Shown: positions 13,001 to 24,657 of the stretch, piece by piece
Layout: every line of letters starts with the position of its first letter
How positions within the stretch are numbered: position 1 is the stretch's first letter
Assembly: GCF_039654945.1 (NCBI RefSeq)
Contig: NW_027361794.1
Span: 19,840,001-19,904,000 of the forward strand
Direction: 5' to 3'
Length of the DNA: 64,000 nt
DNA from: Dendrobates tinctorius
Lineage: Eukaryota
Translations under genes and position numbers: made by a program
Notes under the pieces: generated by a model
What the model was told of the DNA's origin: nothing
Database searches by the model: none
The model's input: only the letters and a program-made list of their open reading frames with translations

Positions 13001-14615
13001 AGAGCCGCACTCCACATAGAGAATAATGGAGCCTCCAGCACCGACCTCCACCCGCAGAGCCGCACTCCACAGAGAATAATGGAGCCTCTAGCACCGACCT
13101 CCACATAGAGAATAATGGAGCCTCCAGCACCGACCTCCACCCGCAGAGCCGCACTCCACATAGAGAATAATGGAGCCTCCAGCACCTACCTTCACCCGCA
13201 GAGCTGCACTCCACACATAGAATAATGGAGCCTCCAGCACCGACCTCCACCCGTAGAGCCGCACTCCACATAGAGAATAATGGGGCCTCCAGCACCGACC
13301 TCCACCCGCAGAGACACACTCCACATAGAATAATGGAGCCTCTAGCACCGACCTCCACATAGAGAATAATGGAGCCTCCAGCACCGACCTCCACCCGCAG
13401 AGCCGCACTCCACAGAGAGAATAATGGGGCCTCCAGTACCGACCTCCAACCGCAGAGCCACACTCCACACAGAGAATAATGGAGTCTCCAGCACCGACCT
13501 CCACCCGCAGAGCCGCACTCCACATAGAGAATAATGGGGCCTCCAGCACCGACCTCCACCCGCAGAGACACACTCCACATAGAGAATAATGGAGCCTCCA
13601 GCACCGACCTCCACTCGCAGAGACATACTCCACATAGAGAACAATGGAGCCTCCGGCACCGACCTCCACCCGCAGAGCCGCACTCCACATAGAGAATAAT
13701 GGAGCCTCCAGCACCGACCTCCACCCGCAGAGCCGCACTCCACATAGAGAATAATGGAGCCTCCAGCACCGACCTCCACCCGCAGAGCCGCACTCCACAT
13801 AGAGAATAATGGAGCCTCCAGCACCGACCTCCACCCGCAGAGCCACACTCCACAGAGAATATTGGAGCCTCCAGCACCAACCTCCACCCGCAGAGCCGCA
13901 CTTCACATAGAGAATAATGGGGCCTCCAGCACCGACCTCCACCCGCAGAGCCGCACTCCACATAGAGAATAATGGAGCCTCCAGCACCGACCTCCACCCG
14001 CAGAGCCACACTCCACAGGGAATAATGGAGCCTCCAGCACCAACCTCCACCCGCAGAGCCGCACTTCACATAGAGAATAATGGAGCCTCCAGCACTGACC
14101 TCCACCCGCAGAGCCACACTCCACATAGAGAATAATGGGGCCTGCGGCACCAACCTCCACCCGCAGAGCCGCACTCCACATAGAGAATGGAGCCTCCAGC
14201 ACCGACCTCCACCCGCAGAGCCGCACTCCACATAGAGAATAATGGAGCCTCCAGCACTGACCTCCACCCGCAGAGCCGCACTCCACATAGAGAATAATGG
14301 AGCCTCCAGCACCGACCTCCACCCGCAGAGCCACACTCCACATAGAGAATAATGGAGCCTCCAGCACCGACCTCCACCCGCAGAGCCGCACTCCACATAG
14401 AGAATAATGGAGCCTCCAGCACTTACCTCCACCCGCAGAGCCGCACTTCACATAGAGAATAATGGAGCCTCCAGCACCGACCTCCACCCGCAGAGCCGCA
14501 CTCCACATAGAGAATGGAGCCTCCAGCACCGACCTCCACCCGCAGAGCCGCACTCCACATAGAGAACAATGGAGCCTCCAGCACCGACCTCCACCCGCAG
14601 AGCCACACTCCACAT
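10071..14615. repeat. 55-bp tandem array (~80 copies) with an orientation switch near 10470
   Basis: Unit ccacatagagaataatggagcctccagcaccgacctccacccgcagagccgcact. The first ~7 copies (10071-10470) are on the opposite strand. Confidence 0.97.
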
Positions 14616-14887
14616 ATATGGCTGCTCTGTGTGCACAGGACCTGTGATGAGGTCACAGGAGGGGAGGAGTCAGGGTCACATGATATTCGGAGTGGAGACA
14701 CTCAACTGGTTTCAAGTTAGTCCGCAGTTCGTCTTTAGCTATTAGATTTTCATCTATGGGGCACCAACTGTATATACATTTTATTTTGATCAAGGTTCCC
14801 TGGGCCACTAGTGCTCACAATGAGCAGCTCAATGTCCTGAATAATATTTGCCCCAAAAATGATCAACTCTATGTGTAGCTCAGAAGT
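14580..14887 (-). other. Inverted duplicate of 23243-23953 (putative ZNF promoter/first-exon region), without the MITE
   Basis: Near-identical reverse complement, e.g. gctgctctgtgtgcacaggacctgtgatgaggtcacaggaggggaggagtcag and caaggttccctgggccactagtgctcacaatgagcagctc. Confidence 0.92.
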
Positions 14888-17785
14888 ATATGATTTGCTG
14901 CGGATTAAAGAAGGCGATGAATGGAAGGCAGCCTTTAATACCCTAGAAGGTCATTTTGAGTGTATAGTATTGCCTTTCGGCCTTACAAATGCTCCGGCTT
15001 CTTTCAAAATTTCATTAACGACATTCTGAGGCTGTTGATTGGTAGGACTGTTATCGTTTATTTGGATGATATTTTGATCTATTTGCCCAATCTGGAGTCA
15101 CATTGGCTGAGAGTCTGCGAGGTTTTGCAGATTCTAAAAGAAAACACACTCTTTGCTAAACTGGAGAAATGCGAGTTTGCGGTACAGAAAATTAGTTTTT
15201 TGGGGTACATTGTTTCCAGTGATGGTTTTGAGATGGACCTGGTGAAGGTTCTGGCGATATTGGAGCGGCCTACACCTGAATGCTTGAAGTCAATTCAGAG
15301 ATTCTTGAGGTTTGCTAATTATTATAGAAAATTCATAAAGATTTTTTCTGTTTTTGCAAAACCTCTTACTGATCTTACTTAGAAGGGTTCTAATTCTGTC
15401 CAACGGTCCCCTGAGGCTGTTAAGGCCTTTGAGCATCTCCAGGTGAAGTTAAGCTCTGCTCCTGTGTTGACAGATAGACGAGACTAAGTCCTTTCTGGTA
15501 GAGGTGGATGCCTCATCAGTAGGAGTGGGGCTGTTCTGTCACAGGAGGGAGAGGATGGGGTGCATCCTTGTGCGTTCTTTTCTAAGAAATTTTCAGAGGC
15601 GGAGCTCAACTACGATGTTGGGAACTGAGAATTGCTGGCTAATAAGCTTGCATTTGAGCATTGGCGACATTTTTTGGAGGGCGCTAGAAATCCTATACAA
15701 GTCTTTACTGATCATAAGAATCTGATCTATCTAGATGCTGCTAAACGTTTGAATGCCCGTCAAGCTAGGTGGACATTGTTTTTTGCCCCATTCCATTTCT
15801 CTGTGACATATATCCCTGGGACAAAGAATGTTAAAGCTGATGCTTTGTCTCGAAGTTTCTCCCCAGTGGATAATACTGAAAAGGAGGAATCTATTCTGCA
15901 GAGAGGTGATGGTGGCAGCATTTGGTTCTGAGTTGGAAAATAGCATTCTTAAAGCCCACCAACACTCCGTTTGTGAAATTATTTGTGCCTAAAGGCCTGA
16001 GGAGAGCTTTGTTTACGGAATGTCATGAGTCCCGTTTGCCGGGTCATCCAGGGATTGCCGAAACTAGAAAGTCGATCGGTCGGTCTCGTGGCTAAGAGAA
16101 ATCGTAAGTGGGTACGTCAGTGTACTGTGTGCGCGAGGTCTAAGGCTTCTCATGCTCTGGCGTCAGGGTTGCTTTGCCCATTAGAAGTTCCTAGTTCTCC
16201 ATGGATGCATCTTGCAATGGATTTTATCACTGACCTGCCGGTCTCTGAGGGTTTTTCTGTCATCTGGGTTGTAGTGGACCGATTTAGTAAGATGTGTCAT
16301 CTGGTCCCGTTCAATAAATTACTCTGCGCTAAGACACTTGCCAGGGCATTTGTGGAAAAGATTGTCAGACTCCATGGTGTTCCCACGGACATTGTCTCCG
16401 ATAGGTTGCCACAGTTTGTGGCTCGCTTTTGGCATGCCTATAATGACAGACTTAAGGTTCATTTGTCATTTTCGCCGAGTTATCATCCAGAGTCCAATGG
16501 ACAGACCGAGAGGAAGAACCAGGACGTTGAGCAGTTTTTGAGATGTTTTGTAGCAGACAATCAGGAGATGTGGTCGGAATATCTACAATTAGCTGAGTTT
16601 GCTCTCAATAATGATACGTCTTCTTCGGCTGGGTGTTCTCCTTTTTTTGTTGTACTGGGAGGCCTCCATCTTTCGGTCCTTTTTCTAAGATTGGGGCAGC
16701 GGTGTCTGAGCAGGAGAGTTTTTCTGGAAATTTGGAAAGGATTTGGACCAGTGTGTGCCATAATCTGAAACAGGCTAATAGGAGGTCTAAAAAATATTTT
16801 GACAAGAGAAGAAGGGAGGCGAGGTTTGTTGTTGGGGACATGGTTTGGTTGTCCTCTAGGAATCTGCATTTACAGATCCCTTCTAAAAAGTTGAGGCCTA
16901 AGTTTGTAGGACCCTTCAAAATGGTTCAGATTGTCAACTCAGCAGCGGTGAGATTAGACATTCCTTCGTCTTAGAAAATTAATTCAGTTTTTCATGTATC
17001 TTTCACGAGAAAGTTGACAAGCCAGATAAGGTGGCTATGCCTTCTGCTCCTCCAATTGATGAGGACTGCGAGTTCAAGATTTCACGCATTCTTGATTCCA
17101 GGTGGCACAGATGAGGCTTACAGTATCTCATGTCCTGGAAGGGTTTCGGTCCCAAGGACGTTTCCTGGGTGAAAGCTGGGGACGTCTCAGCCGCAAAGTT
17201 AATTAAAGCTTTTCACAGGCGATTTCCGAATAAGGCCCGGCCTAGAGGATCCGGGGGATCCTCGTTAAAGGGGAGGTACTGTTAGAATCTGTTTTGCTTG
17301 ACCGTCCGCCATTTTCTTGTGGTGTTCAGGCTGCTGGTCTTTCTCCTCTGATGCTGGGTTTGTCTTGGGTCAGGTGATTGCATCACTCTTTATTAACCTG
17401 CATCTGTCTCCCTATCCTTGCTGCACAACAGTGTTAATCTACTTGAGGTCTGACTTGGTGCTTTGCTTTGCCTTCTGTGTTTGTAACCTGTGCAATGCTT
17501 CGACTTCTGGTCCTGCTAGCCTTTGTTTCTTTATCCCATTTGTTTCTGCAGCCTTCTGTGTGCTTTCTATTAGGATGTGACCCTTTTTTAAATCCAGTCC
17601 TTAGGTCTTTCAGGGATCCCCCTCCCCCTATCTATAGGTCTTCGCTTGAGATTAACTTAGGATCTTCGGGGGGGGTCTATTCGGTAGGAATGGGTCGCCC
17701 ACTCCATCGTAGGGTATCAGTCTAGTTGTAGTGCAGGGTCAGTTTTCCCCCTTCTATCCTAGTCCTGTGCTGCAGAACCGTAACA
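14888..17785 (+). mobile_element. 5'-truncated chromoviral Ty3/Gypsy (RT-RH-IN-chromodomain remnants, PPT, 3' LTR)
   Basis: [53 protein letters not shown] motif, and chromodomain-like ILDSR..LQYLMSWKGFG, with many stops and frameshifts. PPT aaggggagg, then LTR TGTTAG...GTAACA at 17280-17785. Confidence 0.93.
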
Positions 17786-18415
17786 TCTAGCACACTCTTA
17801 TTCCACCAATCATGAAGCCCCAACGGTCTGAATTGAGAGCTCAGGGGTATAGAAGAAGGACTGTCCAGTGACCAAGTCTCTCTTGCTGCATGGTACCAAT
17901 TTTGGATCTGCGGATCCGATAGGCAGGCCTAACCGAACCTGGATTATAAGACTACTTGGACTTCAGCATTGAATGCAAGGAATCAGCTGAGATATCAAAG
18001 ACTACATAAGGACGGAATCCAGATTGGGACAATCCAGTCACCTGACTACAGTCTTTGCGGTACTCAGTCAGCTTCCTAAATCTGGCATTATTCCTTTCTC
18101 GGTGGGTGCCTGCCGAAAGTGTGGTGCTGCTGGCTTGGAGTAAGTAGCCCTGGAAGCTCTGAGGCATGGAAGGGTGAGAAATTGTTGCCTGTTACATTTT
18201 GTGTTTTGCTGGTTATGTGATATATGCCGTTAATTGTTTGGGGATCCAATAAAGTCCTAATATTGTGATTCCCTCACCCTGTGTTGTCTGAGTAGTGTTC
18301 CGCGCACTGTTAAGGAGGTCGGGCGTTCAGTTGGGATGAGCCATGGTCCATGCTGTCTTTGTAAAGGCGGCTGGGCCAGCGGACGAGAGCACCCACTGAC
18401 CCCCGTGTCTACACA
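17786..18415 (+). mobile_element. Possible partial LTR of another retroelement
   Basis: AATAAA at ~18248, followed by U5-like sequence ending ...tctacaca. No TSD identified. Confidence 0.3.
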
Positions 18416-18472
18416 AGAACCACTATGTAAAGTTAAAAAAAGGTTAATAATGCCCTTACAATTATATATAAA

Positions 18473-18939
18473 CTAGATTAAGGCCCGATGCTATCGCATC
18501 GAGAGGATAGTGACACACCTCTTGCCATGTTAACCCTCAATACACACACACCTCCTCAACACACACTCCTCTCACCTTTCACCATCTCCACTCACATCCA
18601 CTCACTCTTTCACTCCACATACGACCCTTTCTCTCACTCCGTCTCTCATACTCACACTGTCATCGTCGCTGCTCCATGATCCCCGACATCTTCTTCCGCC
18701 GGCGCCATCCTGGATCCCGACGTTGTCCACGCCGGCGACATGTTCTTGCGGCCATGCCATCTTGAGTATTCTGAAATCCTGCGAGTGGACATTAGTGGAG
18801 ATAGTGAAAGGTGAGAGGAGTGTGTGTTGAGGAGTGGTGTGTTGAGGGTTAACATGGCAAGAGGTGTGCTGTGACGTCACCAGTTACAACTGGACGGAAG
18901 TTGTTACAACCCGGAAGCTGCTTAGCGCATTTATTATAG
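18473..18939 (-). mobile_element. Short non-autonomous Helitron (~467 bp)
   Basis: Minus-strand 3' end: hairpin cgatgc-gata-gcatcg, then ...ttaatCTAG followed by host T. 5' end ctataataaatgc matches the 5' end of the larger copy. Confidence 0.85.
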
Positions 18940-19367
18940 TAGATTAAGGCCCGATGCTATCGCATCGAGAGGATAGTGACACACCTCTTGCCATGTTAAC
19001 CCTCAATACACACACACCTCCTCAACACACCACACCGCCTCAACACACACTCCTCTCACCTTTCACCATCTCCACTCACGTCCATTCACTCTTTCACTCC
19101 ACATACGACCCTTTCTCTCACTCCGTCTCTCATACTCACACCGTCATCGTCGCTGCTCCACGATCCCCGACATCTTCTTCCGCCGGCGCCATCCTGGATC
19201 CCGACATTGTCCACGCCGGCGACATGTTCTTGCGGCCATGCCATCTTGAGTATTCTGAAATCCTGCGAGTGGACATTAGTGGCTCACCATTGTCATTTTG
19301 AAACACGACTGCTACTTCACTGACAGTGGGATTATTGTAGCGTCGAGGGTCTTGAGTACGATCTTGT

Positions 19368-20732
19368 TTAATAGCCATAGTGATGTTTGGCATGACAGTT
19401 CCGTTTTGTACATTTTTGATTTTCTTTACATCGTAAGCGTTGTTCGTTTGCGGTAGTGGTATCGAGAATGTAAAGTTGGGCAAATGCGCGTTGCTGGTCA
19501 TCTGAGGGATGTAGTGTTCCAGTTCTATGATAGATCTGGCCATGTATGCGGAAACAGTATGGGCCATATCCAGGAGGTGGTGAAATATTTGCACCCATGG
19601 AGGCAAAAGCAAAGGAACTGTTAATACTTCGTATATTATCCATGAAATTTTTGCTAAATTCACTTTGCCCTTTCAGCAAACGTGTAAAGACATCAGGATA
19701 TTGTAGTATGGGTACATAGACTTTACCCTTCTGACAGCAGAGCGTAAAGTTGTTATCAGAAGGTATCTCTGCTACAAAATGCAAAGCTTCGCAATGCTCA
19801 CATACATGGGTCATGTCACCACAGCTGTGTTCGGTAATACTATTTTCATCATTAGTGAAAATGTGAGGTTGTAGTAGAAGTGCATGTCCAACCGATGGGG
19901 TGCGCCTAGTTTTGAGACCAACGTATATTTGTCTTGGTTGCACTTTCTGCAGGCTAACTGCAGCTTGTATGTGAAGAAACTGTGCGTTGGTATTGACTAA
20001 TGGTGGTATTGATAGGGCAGAAACAGATTGCTGATTAGTTATGTCAGTGAACGGCATATAGGATGAAGTGTGGTAGTAACTTGTTCCACATGCTGATGTG
20101 GAAGCATCCTGTTGTGAGTCTACTAATAATGATGAGGAAGAAGCCGTCTGTTGTTGGCGGTGATGGCGTGTAGAGGCTTCTTCAGCCAATGTAATAGATT
20201 TAGAGTTAGGGGATTTGTGTGTGAGACAACGGCGTTTATAAGCCTTAATCTTGTCAAGTCGATGCTGTTTTTCCTCAGGAGTCTCATTAGCACGGCGTTG
20301 TTTTTGTCGTAGTGCTAAAGCTGCTTTCCTTTCACTGGCATTGGCATACTGTGCATCGGTATTGAATGGTGGTATTGATAGGGCAGAAACAGATTGCTGA
20401 TTAATTATGTCAGTGAACGGCATATGGGATGAAGTGTAGCAGTAAATTGTTCCACATGCTGATGTGGAAGCATCCTGTTGTGAGTCTAATAATAATGATG
20501 AGGAAGAGGCCGTCTGTTGTCGGCGGTGACGGCGTGCAGAGGCTTCTTCAGCCAATCTTATGGATTTAGAGTTAGGGGATTCGTGTGTGAGGCGACGGCG
20601 TTTATAAGCCTTAATCTTCTCAAGGCGATGGTGTTTTTCCTCAGGAGTCTCATTAGCACGGCGTTGTTTTTGTCGTAGTGCTAAAGCTGCTTTCCTTTCA
20701 CTGGCATTGGCATACTTTTTGTTATGACTCAT
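19368..20732 (-). CDS. Helitron RepHel N-terminal fragment (454 aa; Rep catalytic and helicase domains absent)
   Basis: RRANETPEE (STPR-like) repeats, CEHC..CCQKGKV, NIRSINSSFAFASMG, FRIHGQIYHRTGTL, FAQLYILD. A shifted frame continues with RRYNNPTVSEVAVVF to ~19285. Confidence 0.88.
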   Translation of the reverse strand: MSHNKKYANASERKAALALRQKQRRANETPEEKHHRLEKIKAYKRRRLTHESPNSKSIRLAEEASARRHRRQQTASSSSLLLDSQQDASTSACGTIYCYTSSHMPFTDIINQQSVSALSIPPFNTDAQYANASERKAALALRQKQRRANETPEEKQHRLDKIKAYKRRCLTHKSPNSKSITLAEEASTRHHRQQQTASSSSLLVDSQQDASTSACGTSYYHTSSYMPFTDITNQQSVSALSIPPLVNTNAQFLHIQAAVSLQKVQPRQIYVGLKTRRTPSVGHALLLQPHIFTNDENSITEHSCGDMTHVCEHCEALHFVAEIPSDNNFTLCCQKGKVYVPILQYPDVFTRLLKGQSEFSKNFMDNIRSINSSFAFASMGANISPPPGYGPYCFRIHGQIYHRTGTLHPSDDQQRAFAQLYILDTTTANEQRLRCKENQKCTKRNCHAKHHYGY

Positions 20733-20849
20733 GTTGGCACAGGTAAAGGAGTCTATTTGGCAGTTATCTGGCAGTGAAGAAGGCGTCCTGGAGTATTGTA
20801 GAGTAAACAGATACTAATTGACCCTGTAATTGCCCAGCAGTAGTTATGA

Positions 20850-21775
20850 AGTGGTAGTGGCAAATTGGCCCTGTAGTTAGACACCGGCAGAGGAGCAAGG
20901 CAGCAGTAGTTATGGCGGTAGAGGCAAATTGGCTCTGTAATTAGACACCGGCAGAGGAGCAAGGCAGCAGTAGTTATGGCGGTAGAGGCAAATTGGCCCT
21001 GTAATTAGACACCGGCAGAGGAGCAAGGCAGCAGTAGTTATGGCGGTAGAGGCAAATTGGCCCTGTAATTAGACACAGGCAGAGGAGCAAGGCAGCAGTA
21101 GTTATGGCGGTATTGGCAAATTGGCCCTGTAATTAGACACCAGCAGAGGAGCAATGCAGCAGTAGTTATGGCAGTAGAGGCAAATTGGCCCTGTAATTAG
21201 ACACCGGCAGAGGAGCAAGGCAGCAGTAGTTATGGCGGTAGAGGCAAATTGGCCCTGTAATTAGACACCGGCAGAGGAGCAAGGTAGCAGTAGTTATGGC
21301 GGTATTGGCAAATTAGCCCTGTAATTAGACACCGGCAGAGGAGCAAGGCAGCAGTAGTTATGGCGGTAGAGGCAAATTAGCCCTGTAATTAGACACCGGC
21401 AGAGGAGCAAGGCAGCAGTAGTTATGGAGGTAGAGGCAAATTGGCCTTGTAATTAGACACCGGCAGTAAACAGGCAGATGACCAAAGCAGCAGTAGTTAT
21501 GGCGATAGAGGCAAATTGGCCCTGTAAATAGACACTGGCAGAGGACAAAGGCAGCAGTAGTTATGGCAGTATAGGCAAATTGGCCCTGTAATTAGACACC
21601 GGCAGAGGACAAAGGCAGTAGTTATGGCGGTATAGGCAAATTGGTCCTGTAATTAGACACCGGCAGAGGAGCAAGGCAGCAGTAGTTATGGCGGTACAGG
21701 CAAATTGGTCCAGTAATTAGACACCGGCAGTAAACAGGCATAGGACCAAGGCAGCAGTAGTTATGGTGGTACAGG
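20850..21775. repeat. ~61-bp minisatellite inside the Helitron
   Basis: Unit approximately gcagcagtagttatggcggtagaggcaaattggccctgtaattagacaccggcagaggagcaag, ~15 copies. Confidence 0.95.
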
Positions 21776-21891
21776 CAATGCCAATCGTCCGCACAGCAAG
21801 TCGGCGTGAGGTAAATGACGCAATTTCACGAATGCAAGATGGCGTCGGCGAAATCTCGCGAGATTTCGCCGACGTCGTTAACACCTCTTGC

Positions 21892-22722
21892 CATGTTAAC
21901 CCTCAACACACCACACCGCCTCAACACACACTCCTCTCACCTTTCACCTCCACTCATGTCCACTCACTCTTTCACTCCACATACGTTCCTTTCTCTCACT
22001 CCGTTTCTCATACTCACACCGTCATCGTCGCTGCCCCGACATCTTCCTCCGCCGCCGCGATCCAGGATCCAGACGTTCTCCAGGCCGCCGACATGTTCTT
22101 GCGGGACGCCATCTTGGATTTCGTGAAATCCCGCGATATTCAAGATAGCGTCGCCGCAACAACATGTCGCTGGCGTGGACGACATCGGGATCCAAAAAGA
22201 TGGCGTCGGCGAAATCTCGCGAGATTACGCCAACGCCATTTTGGATCCCGATGTCGCCCACGCCAGCGACATATTCTTGCGGGACGCCATCTTGGATGTC
22301 GTGAAGTCCAGCGATATTCAAGATGGCGTCGCCGCAACAACATGTCGCTGGCATGGGCGACATCGGGGTCCAAAATGGCGTCGGCGTAATCTCGCGAGAT
22401 TTCGCCGACGCCATCTTTTTGGATCTCGATGTCGTCCACGCCAGCGACATATTGTTGCGGCGACGCCATCTTGAATCTCGCGGGACTTCACGACATCCAA
22501 GATGGCGTCCCGCAAGAACATGTCGGCGGCCTGGAGAACGTCTGGATCCTGGATCGCGGCGGCGGAGGAAGTTGTCGGGGCAGCGACGATGACGGTGTGA
22601 GTATGAGAAACGGAGTGAGAGAAAGGAACGTATGTGGAGTGAAAGAGTGAGTGGACATGAGTGGAGGTGAAAGGTGACAGGAGTGTGTGTTGAGGCGGTA
22701 TGGTGTGTTGAGGGTTAACATG
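21892..22722. repeat. ~830-bp imperfect palindrome in the Helitron 5' region
   Basis: catgttaaccctcaacacacc... at 21892 mirrors ...ggtgtgttgagggttaacatg at 22722; the core is CpG-rich. Confidence 0.93.
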
Positions 22723-23412
22723 TGCGTGTGTGTGGTGACGTCACCGGTTACAACTGGACGGAAGTTGTTACAACCGGAAGCTGGTTAGGGCATTTATTAT
22801 TATAGATAATTTGATGACATAAAACTTTATTAAGTGTAATTTCACACACAAACTTAGCATCTGTTCCACAACCCTTGAATTAAACATAGATTAGTGGGTT
22901 AAGCCCTTATGGAAACTTCACGTAAGTTGTGATAGCAAACAGTGAGGTACCTATAAAATGTTTCACATGTGGAGTTAGCATATTTTGCATAACTCTTCAA
23001 CTATACATAGGGTTGTGAATTTTTTTGGCAAATTTTGTTTGTTTGAGTACGTTTGATAATGCGCGTGTAGCATTATGTAACACAGAATTTCAAGTTCATA
23101 CAGAATCTGTGACTGATGTCTCACTGGATGTAGTTCACAACATTCTGGCCATGAAGGACATTGTGATGATCGTCCGAGCAAGTGACTGGGGAAACTTCCA
23201 AGTTTTCGTTAACATACATAAAGAAGCGACTCACGGGAATAACTTCTGAACTACACATAGAGTGGATCATTTTTTGGGCAAATATTATTCAGGACATTGA
23301 GCTGCTCATTGTGAGCACTAGTGGCCCAGGGAACCTTGATCCAAATAAAATGTATATACAGTTGGTGCCCCATAGATGAAAATCTAATAGCTAAAGACGA
23401 ACTGCAGACTAA

Positions 23413-23809
23413 AGGCCCCTTTACATTTAGTGATGCACCAGCGATCCCGACCACGATATGACCCGGTCAGGATCGCTGGTGCATCGCTAAATGGTCGCTA
23501 GTGAGCTGCCAAACAGGAAGATCTCACAGCGATGCAGCAGCGACGCAGCAGCGGTCATTACATACCTTTCAGACGCGGCGATGTTGACGTCCTACACCAG
23601 CGTCAACACGTCGCTCGTCAGCGCCAGCAGGAAACGGCCGACGAAAAATGGACCCGGCCGATCTCGCGTGATCAGCGATACCCAGCGGGGGAGCCGGTCA
23701 GAGGTAAGTATCACACATAGCGATATTACTAGCAATATCACTGCTACGTCACAAAATCGGTGATGCTTTAGCGATATTGCTAGCGATATCACTATGTGTA
23801 AAGCCTCCT
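23413..23809. mobile_element. PIF/Harbinger-type MITE
   Basis: TIR aggcccctttaca / tgtaaagcctcct, TAA TSD. The empty site is visible in the paralogue at ~14712-14725. Confidence 0.9.
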
Positions 23810-23839
23810 TAATTTGAAGCCGGTTGAGTGTCTGCACTC

Positions 23840-23947
23840 CGGATATCATGTGACCCCTGACTCCTCCCCTCCTGTGACCTCATCACAGGTCCTGTGCACA
23901 CAGAGCAGCCATATATGTGGAGTGCGGCTCTGTGGGTGGAGGTAGGT
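23840..23947 (+). promoter_or_regulatory. Putative promoter and non-coding first exon of the ZNF gene, ending at splice donor GAG|gtaggt (23941/23942)
   Basis: E-box-like catgtgac, ctcctcccctcc, and a good 5' splice site. The sequence resembles 5' ends I recall from frog ZNF genes. The link to exon 55859 is inferred, not shown. Confidence 0.45.
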
Positions 23948-24657
23948 GCTGGAAATTCCCTGTTACTGAGCGTGGGGGACATTAACCCCTTCAGCACAGA
24001 GACTCTTTTGGTGTTTTTGCTGCCACTTTATAAGAATCATAAGATTTCTGTTCTGCTTCCTGTAAGAGATACATACGACCCAACTATGGAAGACAGGAAG
24101 TGAGGTAATGGATTGTTCTCATAGTACAGGGCCCCTTTCTTGGCCCCACACAGTGTAATGCCCCCACATTAGTGCCATTCCCCCACACACAGTATATTGT
24201 TCTCACAGTACTACCAACTGCCATCCCTCCACACTCAGTATAATGTTCCCATAGTACCACCATCCCCCACACAGTATAATGTTCCCACATTACTGCCATC
24301 CCCAACACATTGCAATGTTCCCACAGTACGGCCATCCCCCCATGCACTGTATAATGTTCCCACAGTACGGCCATCCCCCCACACACAGTATAATGTTCCC
24401 ACAGTACGGCCATCCCCCCACACACAGTATAATGTTCCCACAGTACGGCCATCCCCCCACACGGTATAATGTTCCCACAGTATCGCCATCCCCCCCACAC
24501 GGTATAATGTTCCCACAGTATCGCCATCCCCCCCACACAGTATAATGTTCCCACAATACCACCATCCCCCCCACACAGTATAATGTTCCCACAGTACCAC
24601 CATCCCCCCCACACAGTATAATGTTCCCACAGTACGGCCATCCCCCCACACACAGTA

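Larger units (their letters stand above)
18940..22806 (-). mobile_element. Internally deleted Helitron with an N-terminal RepHel fragment
   Basis: 5' end A|TCTATAATAATAAATG at 22806; the same 3' hairpin at ~18950; no TSD; contains a RepHel ORF fragment. Confidence 0.9.

Noticed and set aside
10071-14615. CRISPR array, or long ORFs (e.g. 12522-14432, 636 aa)
   Set aside because: The units are contiguous with no unique spacers and no cas genes nearby. The ORFs are artefacts of a stop-poor 55-bp repeat read through rotating frames.
21763-22721. Mirror-image ORFs on both strands
   Set aside because: They are a consequence of the GC-rich palindrome.
22810-23400. Possible exon or 3' UTR in non-repetitive sequence
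   Set aside because: There is a minus-strand AATAAA near 22830, but all frames I read contain stops and no protein family was recognisable.
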